From: Candidatus Hydrogenedentota bacterium
GTDB lineage: Bacteria; Hydrogenedentota; Hydrogenedentia; Hydrogenedentales; SLHB01
Direction of reading: 5' to 3'
DNA: 64,000 bases
Assembly: GCA_045863295.1 (NCBI GenBank)
Contig: BTWA01000001.1
Coordinates: forward strand, 276,337 to 340,336
This document shows, one piece after another, positions 17,557-27,322 of the stretch. A program made the position numbers and the translations under genes. The stretch's first letter is position 1, and each line of letters begins with the position of its first letter. The notes under the pieces are model-generated. The model worked only from the letters and a program-made list of their open reading frames with translations, was not told the DNA's origin and did not search any database.

Positions 17557-19857
17557 ATGGCGAATCTTAAACGAACCCGGGCCAAGAAGCGGTTGGTGCT
17601 GGACGTAGGGGCCAGCGCGGTACGGCTTTGCGAGCTTTCGCAGACCAAGACGGGTTACCAACTCACGCGCTACATGCAACGTGAGTTTCCCATCACGCCC
17701 GACATGAGCGAAGAAGATCAGCTCGCCGCGCGCGTCGAAGTGGTGAAGGCGCTATTGAAAGAATCCAAAGTGCGCCACAAGAAAACCGTGTTCGGCGTTC
17801 CCGGTCAATCGGTGTTCACGCGTACCCGCATGTTGCCTCCCGTCCCTGAGTTTAAACTTACGCAAATCGTTCGTTACGAAATCCAACAGCAAATTCCTTT
17901 CGCGCTCGATCAGATCGCCCATGATTTCCAGGTATTGGAACGCACTGAAGCCGGCGGATACGACGTGCTGATGGCGGCAATCAAAGTGGACGTCGTCGAG
18001 AAGCGCCTCGAATTGGTCAAGCAGATCAAGCGTCAGATCGACATTGTCGATGTAAGCCCATTGTCCGCGTACAACTGGCTGAAGTCGACCGGCGAATTTG
18101 GCGAACAGGGCGAATGCGTCGCCCTGGTGGATGTGGGCGCCGCGACCACCGACATTGTGATTGAGCGCGAAGGCAAATTCCGCTTTACGCGCAGCCTGAA
18201 TATCGGCGGCAACGACGTGACCTCCGCGCTGGCGCGCGAATTCAACATGGAATGGCCCAAGGCCGAACAGTTGAAACGCGAACGCGGTTTCGCACCCTCG
18301 GGCGACGCGCAAAAAGACGGCAAGGGCGGCGAAGTCATAGGCTCGGTGCTGAACCGGCTGGTTTCCGAAGTCAACCGGTCGTTTGCCTATTTCCGTTCGC
18401 AACCCGGCGGCGGTCCAGTATCTCGCGTGATATTGACTGGTGGCGGCGCGTGCCTTCGTAACATCGTGCCGTTCCTGCAGCGGCAATTGGGCGTGGAAGT
18501 GCGCATTGCCCAGCCGCTCGCGGGCCTGGCCATCGCGCCCGGCGCGCAAGAGGCCAACGATCATCCCGAACAAGCGGCCGTGGCATTGGGCTTGGCCTTG
18601 CGCTGCCGTCAGGCGGTGGCGCTTGAGCTGAATCTCATTCCGCCGCGCATCCTCGAAGCGGCGCGCACGCGCGAGCAGGTTTTCTATTGGGCATTGTCCG
18701 CCACCACGCTTGCGCTCATCATGCTTTCGATTATTCCCGTGGAAGCGCAGAAGAACAAGCAGGTCAATGAAAACATCGACCTGTTGAAGCGCACCATGTT
18801 CCAGTACGATCCCGATTTTCAGGCCCAGCAGAATCAGAATCCCTCGGTGTGGAATACCAAGTACGAAGCGCAACTCTCCGCGGCCAAGGCGGAAGTCGAT
18901 CGATACAAGGTTGACGTGGTCACGCTGGATAACTTCTACCGCGAGCGCGTGCCGTGGGTGCGCTACATGGGCATCATTAACGATGCGCGTCCCCGCGGCC
19001 AGATGATGGTATTCGATACCATGGAATCGAGCCTGATGCGCTCCCGCGCGGAGATGGTGCGTCAGGTGGCCCGCCGCAAGGCCAGCGGCCTTGGCAACGT
19101 GCAATTAAGCGCGGGCGACATGGCCGCGCTCAGCGGCGGGTCCGGATCGCTGATTCCCAAAGGCAAGGAGCAGATTTGGGAAGCCGTGCCGTTCGACAAT
19201 ATCGCAGCCGGCGTACCGCTGGATTACGGCCAGCCGGGCGTGGAGGGTTTGACGAGCACCCGCGGCGGATCGAGTTCGTCTTCCTCAGAAGAGAAGCCGC
19301 TCCCCAAGCCGGATCTGGTGAACGCGATTTCCATTTACGGGTACGCACAGAACAACCAGGTGGTGCTCGAATTCGTGGAGAACATCAAGAAGTCGGGCGA
19401 GTTTCTCGGTGGCCAGGGCGTGTACTTCGATCCGGCCACGGTGAATCCGGTTCCGGTTTCCGCGTTGTACAACGCCGGTTCCGAGCGTGCCGGCGCCCAA
19501 CCCAAGCCCGGCACGGGGCTCGGCGATTCCACGGCCTCGGTAAACGATGAAGACGAAGATCGGCGCGAAGGACGCCGGGGCGGCCTTCTGGGCGGCGGCG
19601 GCAGCAGCAGCAGCAGTTCCGGCCCAAGGTCGTATACCGAAAAGGATCTGGCGTTTTACAACCTGGAACAGAGCATTGTGACGTTTGAGGTTCATTTGCA
19701 GTTCAAGGACGAGGTGATTACCGAACAGAAAGTGCTTACTGCCGCGGATGAAGCCATTGCATCCGGCACCGCGGACAGCTATGGCGCTGCAAACGATGAA
19801 GAGGGAATGGACGAGGAGACGATGGAGCGCGAGCAGCGCCGTTTCCGGGGCCGGTAA
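17557..19857 (+). CDS. pilM: Type IV pilus assembly protein PilM fused to a PilN-like region
   Basis: Actin-fold PilM motifs LVLDVGASAVRL, LVDVGAATTDIVI, VILTGGGACL, AVALGLALR. These run in frame into the PilN-type LNLIPP, a TM helix and a coiled coil. AAAGGTGA precedes ATG 17557. Confidence 0.9.
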   Translation: MANLKRTRAKKRLVLDVGASAVRLCELSQTKTGYQLTRYMQREFPITPDMSEEDQLAARVEVVKALLKESKVRHKKTVFGVPGQSVFTRTRMLPPVPEFKLTQIVRYEIQQQIPFALDQIAHDFQVLERTEAGGYDVLMAAIKVDVVEKRLELVKQIKRQIDIVDVSPLSAYNWLKSTGEFGEQGECVALVDVGAATTDIVIEREGKFRFTRSLNIGGNDVTSALAREFNMEWPKAEQLKRERGFAPSGDAQKDGKGGEVIGSVLNRLVSEVNRSFAYFRSQPGGGPVSRVILTGGGACLRNIVPFLQRQLGVEVRIAQPLAGLAIAPGAQEANDHPEQAAVALGLALRCRQAVALELNLIPPRILEAARTREQVFYWALSATTLALIMLSIIPVEAQKNKQVNENIDLLKRTMFQYDPDFQAQQNQNPSVWNTKYEAQLSAAKAEVDRYKVDVVTLDNFYRERVPWVRYMGIINDARPRGQMMVFDTMESSLMRSRAEMVRQVARRKASGLGNVQLSAGDMAALSGGSGSLIPKGKEQIWEAVPFDNIAAGVPLDYGQPGVEGLTSTRGGSSSSSSEEKPLPKPDLVNAISIYGYAQNNQVVLEFVENIKKSGEFLGGQGVYFDPATVNPVPVSALYNAGSERAGAQPKPGTGLGDSTASVNDEDEDRREGRRGGLLGGGGSSSSSSGPRSYTEKDLAFYNLEQSIVTFEVHLQFKDEVITEQKVLTAADEAIASGTADSYGAANDEEGMDEETMEREQRRFRGR

Positions 19858-19921
19858 ACCGTGTTGATGTCCAAGGCAGACCGTTTGTCGTGGCCGGTTT
19901 AATGCGAGTGGTCAAACTGAC

Positions 19922-20953
19922 ATGAAGCGTTCGCAGATAATGATGATAGTCGCCATCGTGGCCGTAGCGGCCGCGCTGGGTGCGGTATACAAATTCTACG
20001 TGCTCGAACGGCTGACCAAATTCGCCTCGGACGAGAAGTATCTGACCGCGCTCAAGACCAAGTACGAAAACATCAGCAAGACCTTTCACGGCACCAAGCC
20101 CGAAGTGGTGGTCGAGGCCTACGCCAACAAAGTACAGCCGTGGCTGGCCGCACTGGATGCCCGGACGGATTACTACACCCTTGGCGGCATCCGCGACATT
20201 GAACCGATTCCCGAGGGCGAAGACGCCCGCTGGTATTACATTCGCAAGGCCCCGGACATGGTGAGGACGATCCAGGAGACGGCGTACAAGCAGAACATCG
20301 GCGTGCCGCCCGATCTCTGGTTTCAATCGCCCCAGCCTCCCCGGCTGCAGGGCATCACCGTGGAAAAGCAGCACGTAGAACGCTGGCTCCAGAACATTCA
20401 AATGGGTTCCGGCATTGTGCAGCAGTTGCTCGATGCCAAGGCTCTGCGGGTCGATGCCATTGAACTGTGGCCCCGCCGGGAAGGATCGTTGCTGTACATC
20501 TATCACGTAGGCGTGAAGATGTGGATGAACATGGAGCAACTGGCCACGTTTCTCAACGATATGCTCAGCGATCGCCGCCGTTGTTTCTTTGTCGACAACA
20601 TCCGTATCCGGAATCCGTACGTGTTGTACGAGAATCCTCCGCTCCAGATCGATCTCGTGTATACCATGTACGAACTGAAACCGACGGCAGACAAAACCAA
20701 GCTTGCCGCTCCGGCCGCGGCTGCGCCGATGATTGCCAGTGCGGCACCGGTTACGCCTGCGCCGGCCGCGACGACGCCGGGCGTCACGCTTCCGGGCGCC
20801 ACGCCGCCCCCGGCCGCCGTGCCGGGTCTGAATCCGGAAGCGGCCGCGGCGCTGCAACAGGCGGCAAGCAGCCGCGATGAAGAGCGGACCGCGCGCCAAA
20901 GCCAGGGCAGCGGCGACTTTTTGGATTGGATATTGTCCTTCTTCCCGTTCTAA
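19922..20953 (+). CDS. PilO/GspM-like inner-membrane assembly protein
   Basis: N-terminal TM and coiled coil; MNMEQLATFLNDM...FFVDNIRI ferredoxin-like pattern; position after pilMN; Ala/Pro-rich tail. Confidence 0.6.
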   Translation: MKRSQIMMIVAIVAVAAALGAVYKFYVLERLTKFASDEKYLTALKTKYENISKTFHGTKPEVVVEAYANKVQPWLAALDARTDYYTLGGIRDIEPIPEGEDARWYYIRKAPDMVRTIQETAYKQNIGVPPDLWFQSPQPPRLQGITVEKQHVERWLQNIQMGSGIVQQLLDAKALRVDAIELWPRREGSLLYIYHVGVKMWMNMEQLATFLNDMLSDRRRCFFVDNIRIRNPYVLYENPPLQIDLVYTMYELKPTADKTKLAAPAAAAPMIASAAPVTPAPAATTPGVTLPGATPPPAAVPGLNPEAAAALQQAASSRDEERTARQSQGSGDFLDWILSFFPF

Positions 20954-21025
20954 TCGGGAAGCAGGTTGAACGATGGAACACAGTACAGATAGCGCGTACG
21001 GCGGAAAAACCGGGCCAAGGTAGCC

Positions 21026-21562
21026 ATGGACCAGATACAAAAATTCGGATTGATGCTGTGGGCGGTCAAGGAAAAGATCGTCCTGGCCTGCCTGGTCGCG
21101 ATCCTGAGTTGGCAGGTGTACAAGGTGGTCATGAGCGCCAACGGCGCCGATGCCGGAGTATCCGTCGGGCCGGTGACGCCGCCAAAGCCGGAGTTGACCG
21201 ATTTGCAGGCGATCGGAGCGGAATCGCCGGGGCCGCCCCCGGAGCCGATTCGGGTGCAGGAATTTACGGCCCTGGTCCGGCGCAACCCGTTTACGGTGTA
21301 TGGCAATGAGGCTGGCGAATCCAGCGGCTCCACGCAAGTGGAAGAAAAGCTGGATCTGACGCTTGAACGCATTGTTCCCTGGAGGGACAACACGGTACGG
21401 GCACAGATACGCACCAAGACATCGCGCGCAGAACCTTATTACGAAGGTCAGTCCGTGGAGGACTTCAGAGTGGACAAGATCGATGCGGAGAAGCAGGAAG
21501 TGACCATCTTTTCCTTCAAGCATCAAAAGCAGTTCGTTTTGAAAGTCGGACAGACCAGTTGA
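21026..21562 (+). CDS. PilP/GspC-like protein
   Basis: TM anchor, Pro-rich linker, RRNPF motif and YEGQSVEDFRVDKIDAEKQEVTI beta domain; directly before the secretin. Confidence 0.65.
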   Translation: MDQIQKFGLMLWAVKEKIVLACLVAILSWQVYKVVMSANGADAGVSVGPVTPPKPELTDLQAIGAESPGPPPEPIRVQEFTALVRRNPFTVYGNEAGESSGSTQVEEKLDLTLERIVPWRDNTVRAQIRTKTSRAEPYYEGQSVEDFRVDKIDAEKQEVTIFSFKHQKQFVLKVGQTS

Positions 21563-21619
21563 GCGGAAGCAGAATCTTTTTGTAGTATTGACCGATAATC
21601 GCGGGAGGAATGTAATCCA

Positions 21620-24600
21620 ATGAATGGTCGACGGATGCGGAAGGCCGCCGGAATGTCGTTGCTGTGCCTGCTCGTGGCGGCAATGACGGTATACGGCGGA
21701 GCGTTGACTGCCCAGGCGCAGGGGGCATCGGGCGCCGTGGAAGCTCCAATTGTTACCGAGCCCCAACCCACCGCCGCGGAGAGCGGTCCCGAACCCCAGG
21801 GCGTGAGCCCGGCGGACGAGGCCTACAATGAAGGGGTGGCTCTCTACAACCGGGGCATGTTCCTGGAGGCCTTGAACAGTTTTAACAGGGCCCTTGCGAA
21901 CGATCCCAATCATCCTCACGCGAAGACCATGGCGGAACGCGCCCAGACGAAGTTACAGACCACGGCCGTAGGCCAGGAACCGGCTGTGCTTCAGACGTTC
22001 GAAACCTTCGAAGCCAAGCCCGCGGAATCGGAGACGACTTCCGATGCAGGCATTCCCGAATCGGCCGAAGAACTCCGCTACCAGACGGTGAAGGAACTGC
22101 TTGAGCAAGGCCAATTCCTGCTGGAGAACCGCAAGTTCGAACGTGCCCAGAAATTATTCGAGCGCGCCCTGATTATCGATCCCGAGAACAAGACCGCGGC
22201 CCGTCTGCTGCAAGAAGCGACAATCGGCACCTTTGACGAACGGCTTCCCCGCGAATGGCAGAAACTGGAAATCGACCGCCTCCGCATTCGCGAAAAGAGC
22301 GAACAAATCAAGCAACTCCCCGACGGCGCGGACGCATACGGCATCAAGGACATCACCATCAGCGTTCCGGTCGCCGAAGAAGAATTTGTCCGTGAAGAAG
22401 AAAAGACCGACATCGAAAAAGCGCTGGATGAATTCGTCTCCATTGAATTCGAAGAGGAACACATCAGCAATATTCTCGATTACATCGCGGAATACGCGAG
22501 CATCAACATCGTGCTCGACAGCCGCGTCGTAGACCCGCCGCGCCAACCGGTGCCGCAGGTCCAACCCGGCGTACCGGGCACAGTTCCCGGCGGCGTTCCC
22601 GGAATTCCCGGGCAGCCCGGTTTTGGCGCGCCCCAACCGTTCGGCGTTCCGGGTCAAGGATTTCAGCAACCAGTTCCCGTGCAACAGCCGGCCTTCGAAC
22701 CGACCGGCGATCCCGATGAAGATCGCCGGGCGTCTCGTCGAGGCGGCGGCCTCGGCAACATTCAGTTGCAGGGCGTCAACGGCCAGTTTGCGACCGGCCC
22801 CGGCGGCCAGCCTGTGTCGGATATCGTTTCCGACGGGTACACGGGCATCTTGAAATTGGATGACGTGCCTCTTCGCGATGCCCTCAAGGCTGTGCTCCGC
22901 CCCCTGAATCTTGATTTCAGCGTGCAACCTGGTTTCCTGTGGGTGAGCACGGCCGAAAAGATTCGGACCGAATCGTTCGAAGAAATGGAAACCCGCATCT
23001 ACGAACTGAAAAATGCGGGCGCGGAAACGCTCTTCAAGATTGTCGTGCAGAACCCCGGCGGACTTTCCGGCGGCGGCGGTGGCGGCTTCGGCGGCCAAGG
23101 CGGCGGTTTTGGCGGCCAGGGTGGTTTTGGCGGCGGTCAAGGCGGTTTTGGTGGCGGTGGCTTTGGTGGTCAAAGCGGCGGTTTTGGTGGCGGTGGTTTT
23201 GGCGGCCAAGGTGGCGGTGGCTTCGGCGGCGGTGGCTTTGGCGGTCAAAGCGGTGGTTTTGGCGGCGGTGGTTTTGGCGGCCAAGGTGGTGGTGGTTTTG
23301 GCGGCGGTGGCTTCGGCGGCGGTGGCTTTGGCGGCGGTCAGGGTGGTTTTGGCGGCGGTCAAGGCGGTGGCTTTGGCGGCGGTCAAGGCGGTTTTGGCGG
23401 TGGCCAGGGCGGTTTCGGCGGCGGCTCCATCCAGGTCTCCAATATCTCCCAACTGTTCTCCAACATTAACGACCAACTCGTCGGTGAACCGCCTGCGGTC
23501 ATTGGCATCAGCACGGTTGGCACAGGGCTCGATGCGCGCCAGGGTCAGCAAGGAGCGGGTTTGGGTGCAGGCGGCCGGCGTGACGACGAGTTGGGCGGCG
23601 GCGGCCTCGGCGGCGGCGGTCTTAGCGGCGGCCAGACGGTCGGTACTTCCGGCACGGGATCCAGCTTGGGCAGCTCCGGCGGCTTGGGCGGATTCCAGGG
23701 TCAAGCTGAATTGCTGACCATATTGCAGAGCGCCATTCCCGAGATTGTCGAACCGTTCACCGACGAAGTGTTGTCGTGGATGATCTTCAATCCCACAACC
23801 AACCAACTCATCGTGCACAACACGCCCAGCAATCTGAAGAAAATGGAAGCGATGATCCAGGATCTGGACATTACGCCGAAACAGGTCAGCATCGAAGCGA
23901 AGTTTTTGGCCATATCCGTGACGGATCTCGACAAGATCGGCTTCACGTGGGACCTGACCCTGAGCGATCAGAACAGCCGCAATCGCGTTATTGACGCCAT
24001 CGAAACGCCCGGCGTCTCCGATGCGGACGGCAACCCCGGCTATTTTGCCGATGTCAACGGCGACGGATCGAACGAGATTCTCCCGTTCTATACGCGTCCC
24101 GACGGCACCAACGTAATTAACAACACCGTATCCACCCTTACCGGTACAGGCGCGGTGAATCCCGGACCCGACGGCACGTTTGACCTGAATGCGGTCATCC
24201 TGCAAAACGAGGACGGCGATCAATTGAGCGTTATGATGGACTACCTCAACAGCCTGACGGAGACCGAGTTGTTGAGCGCGCCGCGCGTGACCACGATGAA
24301 CCGCAAACCGGCGGTCATCGCGGATATCCTGACGCAGACGTTCCAGACTCAGGTCTTCCAAGAAATCATTGTGAGCGATTCCGGGTTTGGCGGCGGCGAA
24401 ACGACTGCCTCGGTGCAGCAACCACAATTCTCCACCTTTACGTTCGGTATCGTGTTGTCCGTTACACCGCAAATCAGCGGCAGCAATCAGGTCCGGTTGT
24501 GGCTGAACCCGCAGGTGACCACGCAACAGGGACAAGACGAATTCATCGCGACGTCCACGGTGGACGGAAACACGCAAACCGCGACCATCCGTTTCCCGCG

Positions 24601-24847
24601 CGTGTCGATTCAATCCGTCTGGACCAACGTCATCGTGAACGACGGCGACACGCTTGTGCTGGGCGGGCTCATCACGGATCGCACGACGCGCGGCAAGACC
24701 AAGATGCCGTACGTGGCGGACATTCCGGTGATCGGCTACTTCTTCCGTGGCAAGTCGACGGAAATCACGCAATCGAGCCTGTTGATCTTCACCACGGTGA
24801 ACATCATCGATCCGACCGGTGCACGCTTCTTCGAAGCGGGCGCATAG
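21620..24847 (+). CDS. Outer-membrane secretin (PilQ/GspD family) with N-terminal TPRs and a Gly/Phe-rich insertion
   Basis: Signal peptide and TPR helices. N3 motifs ETRIYEL and LIVHNTPSNLKKMEAMIQDLD-PKQVSIEAKF. Secretin motifs LLSAPRVTTMNRKPAVI, VLSVTPQI, GDTLVLGGLI, VADIPVIGYFF. Confidence 0.93.
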   Translation: MNGRRMRKAAGMSLLCLLVAAMTVYGGALTAQAQGASGAVEAPIVTEPQPTAAESGPEPQGVSPADEAYNEGVALYNRGMFLEALNSFNRALANDPNHPHAKTMAERAQTKLQTTAVGQEPAVLQTFETFEAKPAESETTSDAGIPESAEELRYQTVKELLEQGQFLLENRKFERAQKLFERALIIDPENKTAARLLQEATIGTFDERLPREWQKLEIDRLRIREKSEQIKQLPDGADAYGIKDITISVPVAEEEFVREEEKTDIEKALDEFVSIEFEEEHISNILDYIAEYASINIVLDSRVVDPPRQPVPQVQPGVPGTVPGGVPGIPGQPGFGAPQPFGVPGQGFQQPVPVQQPAFEPTGDPDEDRRASRRGGGLGNIQLQGVNGQFATGPGGQPVSDIVSDGYTGILKLDDVPLRDALKAVLRPLNLDFSVQPGFLWVSTAEKIRTESFEEMETRIYELKNAGAETLFKIVVQNPGGLSGGGGGGFGGQGGGFGGQGGFGGGQGGFGGGGFGGQSGGFGGGGFGGQGGGGFGGGGFGGQSGGFGGGGFGGQGGGGFGGGGFGGGGFGGGQGGFGGGQGGGFGGGQGGFGGGQGGFGGGSIQVSNISQLFSNINDQLVGEPPAVIGISTVGTGLDARQGQQGAGLGAGGRRDDELGGGGLGGGGLSGGQTVGTSGTGSSLGSSGGLGGFQGQAELLTILQSAIPEIVEPFTDEVLSWMIFNPTTNQLIVHNTPSNLKKMEAMIQDLDITPKQVSIEAKFLAISVTDLDKIGFTWDLTLSDQNSRNRVIDAIETPGVSDADGNPGYFADVNGDGSNEILPFYTRPDGTNVINNTVSTLTGTGAVNPGPDGTFDLNAVILQNEDGDQLSVMMDYLNSLTETELLSAPRVTTMNRKPAVIADILTQTFQTQVFQEIIVSDSGFGGGETTASVQQPQFSTFTFGIVLSVTPQISGSNQVRLWLNPQVTTQQGQDEFIATSTVDGNTQTATIRFPRVSIQSVWTNVIVNDGDTLVLGGLITDRTTRGKTKMPYVADIPVIGYFFRGKSTEITQSSLLIFTTVNIIDPTGARFFEAGA
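23069..23425 (+). repeat. Low-complexity coding repeat (GGFGG/GGQ)n in the secretin
   Basis: 119 codons of almost only G/F/Q/S, with 18 FG dipeptides. Confidence 0.95.
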
Positions 24848-24914
24848 GACAGACTCCAAAGTCGAAACGGACGTGGGCGGCTTCCAAACCGGGAGCCGCC
24901 CCGCTTTTTTGATC

Positions 24915-26186
24915 ATGGCGACGTGGATTTACAATGCAGCGATGTCGGCGGCGGCACCCTTGGGTGCGGCCTATCTGGCGCTGCACCCGAAATACAAACC
25001 GCTGCTTGGCCGGTTCCACCCGCGCCTGCCCGAAGGCGCGCGCATGGAGCGCCCCCTCCTGTTGCACGCATGCAGTGTCGGCGAAGTGAATGTGGCCGCC
25101 ACGTTACACGCGGCGATCGCCCGGCGCTGGCCGGGGATACCCGTTGCCGTGACGGTTTCGACAGTCACGGGGCGCGCTTTGGCCCATCAGAAATTGCCAT
25201 CCGTGCCGGTTCTATGGTTTCCCTTTGATCATTCCCGCGTTGTCCGCCGTTTTTTCCGGGAGATCAATCCTCGGGCAGTATTCCTGCTCGAAACGGAGCT
25301 TTGGCCCAACGCGATTGCGACGGCGGATCGCCACCGGATTCCGGTGGCGGTCTTGAACGGGCGGATTAGCGATCGGGCCTATCCCCGGTACCGGCGCTAC
25401 AAAGGCTGGATCCGGCCTGTGGTGGAACATATTCAGTTGGTCTGCGCGCAGACCGAGGAGCATGCCGGGCGGTTTCGTGAATTGGGAGTTTGCAGCGATT
25501 CGGTCGGAGTGACCGGCAATATGAAATTCGATGGCGTGCGCACCGCCTATACGCCCGGTGAAATGGCGGCCATCCGCGCGTCGTTTGGCTTCGCGGCGGA
25601 TGACCTTGTCCTCGTCTACGGCAGCCTGCGTGCCGGAGATGAACACACCGCGGTTGCGCTGTGGCGGGCCGTCCGGGACTCCCATCCGAGAATTCGGTTT
25701 GTGGTGGCGCCCCGCCATCCGGAGTTTGTGGATACGGTTGCGAATGCGTTTGGCGAGCCCGTGGCGCGGCGAACGCAACCGGCCGAGGATTCCCATTCCG
25801 GTTCGAGCCGCGTGCTCGTGTTGGACACCGTGGGAGAGTTGGCGGGCCTGTACAGCGTTGCCTCGGTCGCGGTTGTCGGCGGCAGCTTTCATCCCGGCGT
25901 GAACGGGCACAATCCTATCGAATCGGCTGCACTCGGCGTGCCCACGCTATTCGGTCCGTACATGAGGAATTTCGCGGATTCCGCGGATGCGCTCCTCCGG
26001 GCGGGCGGTGCCGTTCAGACTCCTGCGGAAGCGTTGGAGGCGGAGGTCCTGCGCCTGATCGCGCACCCGGATCGCGCCTCGCGCCTTGCGGCGAACGGCA
26101 AAGCCGCCATTGCATCCGCCCAGGGGGCGGTGGAACGAACGCTGCGCGCCGTGGAAGAATCAATGCCGGCGGTGTTTCGCGAGTGA
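24915..26186 (+). CDS. waaA: Kdo transferase (GT30)
   Basis: LHACSVGEV, ETELWPN, LNGRISDR, TGNMKFD, APRHPE, LDTVGEL, GHNPIE. Confidence 0.93.
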   Translation: MATWIYNAAMSAAAPLGAAYLALHPKYKPLLGRFHPRLPEGARMERPLLLHACSVGEVNVAATLHAAIARRWPGIPVAVTVSTVTGRALAHQKLPSVPVLWFPFDHSRVVRRFFREINPRAVFLLETELWPNAIATADRHRIPVAVLNGRISDRAYPRYRRYKGWIRPVVEHIQLVCAQTEEHAGRFRELGVCSDSVGVTGNMKFDGVRTAYTPGEMAAIRASFGFAADDLVLVYGSLRAGDEHTAVALWRAVRDSHPRIRFVVAPRHPEFVDTVANAFGEPVARRTQPAEDSHSGSSRVLVLDTVGELAGLYSVASVAVVGGSFHPGVNGHNPIESAALGVPTLFGPYMRNFADSADALLRAGGAVQTPAEALEAEVLRLIAHPDRASRLAANGKAAIASAQGAVERTLRAVEESMPAVFRE

Positions 26187-26278
26187 ATGCGCACTCGTTG
26201 CGGGAGGCCCGTTCGCTGAACATCGAGTGACCCGAATCAAACCGGATCCGCCAGACGGCCCAGGATATCCCTGACCTC

Positions 26279-27322
26279 ATGCCCTATGTGTTGACGATCG
26301 CCTTGATGATCACGGTTGCCGCGTTGCAGCGGCGGCGATTGATTGCCTTTGCGGATTGGTGCCTGGAACGCGCGGATCAATCGCTCGACGCCGTGCGCAC
26401 ACGCCGCGGGGGCGATTGGCCGGTGGCGCTGGTCTTGCTGTTGCCCGCGCTGGCGGTGTTGGGCGTGTTTGGTGCTGCGCCGTTCGCTTATGCGCTTTAC
26501 CTGAGCGTGCGCACGCTTGAATTGGGCGAGTGGCATTATGTGGGTCTGGATCATTACCGCGAGGCCATTGGCAGTCAGGAAGTCTGGCGGGCCCTGCTCG
26601 TCACGACCTACTACGCGGCGTCCACCATTCCCATCGGGCTGCTGCTGAGCCTTTCCATCGCGTGGCAACTGTATCGCATGCAGTTCGGGAGGACGTTTTT
26701 TCGCACGGCCTATTTCCTGCCGTACGTCACCTCGGCGGTCGCGGCGGCCACGGTCTGGCGCGTTTTGCTTCGCCCGCAACTGGGCGGCGTCAACGGATTT
26801 CTCGAGTCGGTTGGGTTGGAGCCGCAGCGTTGGCTTCTGGAACCGCGGGGCGTGCTGTCTCTTCTAACCGACGGCTGGGCGCCGCACTGGTTCGGCCCCA
26901 GCCTTGGGCTTGCCTGCATCGTTGCCTTCGAGATCTGGCACAGTGCGGGCTTCATGATCGTAGTCTTGCTCGCCGCGTTTACGGCGATACCCCGCGAATT
27001 GGAAGAAGCCGCCCTGATCGACGGCGCAAGCCGGTTACAGGTATTCCGGCACGTGGTGGCGCCGCTGCTTTCGCCGGTCATTTTCTTTCTATTGATCGTC
27101 GGCGTGATTTGGGCGTTTCAGGCGTTCAATAGTTTCTACGCGCTTACCGTGGGCATGCGCCGGCCGGACACACAGAATCTCATCATGCTGATCTACGCGC
27201 AGATCTATGAAAATCAGCGCTACGGGTACGGTTCGGCCATTGCCGTGTTGTTGAGCCTGGGGATTATGCTGCTGTCGTTGGCGCAATGGCGATTGGCCGG
27301 CCGCCGGGTACACTACGAATGA
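26279..27322 (+). CDS. Carbohydrate ABC transporter permease (CUT1)
   Basis: FFRTAYFLPYVTSAVA; EAA loop IPRELEEAALIDGAS; multiple TMs. Confidence 0.92.
   Translation: MPYVLTIALMITVAALQRRRLIAFADWCLERADQSLDAVRTRRGGDWPVALVLLLPALAVLGVFGAAPFAYALYLSVRTLELGEWHYVGLDHYREAIGSQEVWRALLVTTYYAASTIPIGLLLSLSIAWQLYRMQFGRTFFRTAYFLPYVTSAVAAATVWRVLLRPQLGGVNGFLESVGLEPQRWLLEPRGVLSLLTDGWAPHWFGPSLGLACIVAFEIWHSAGFMIVVLLAAFTAIPRELEEAALIDGASRLQVFRHVVAPLLSPVIFFLLIVGVIWAFQAFNSFYALTVGMRRPDTQNLIMLIYAQIYENQRYGYGSAIAVLLSLGIMLLSLAQWRLAGRRVHYE

Noticed and set aside
17752..21919. Long antisense ORFs (450 and 727 aa); similar ones at 10196-13123 and 49803-51572
   Set aside because: Antisense to well-supported genes in GC-rich DNA, with no motifs.
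22154..24916. 920-aa minus-strand ORF with AAKT repeats, and the Ala/Val- and Arg/Trp-rich alternative frames near 23000
   Set aside because: Shadows of the Gly-rich secretin frame.
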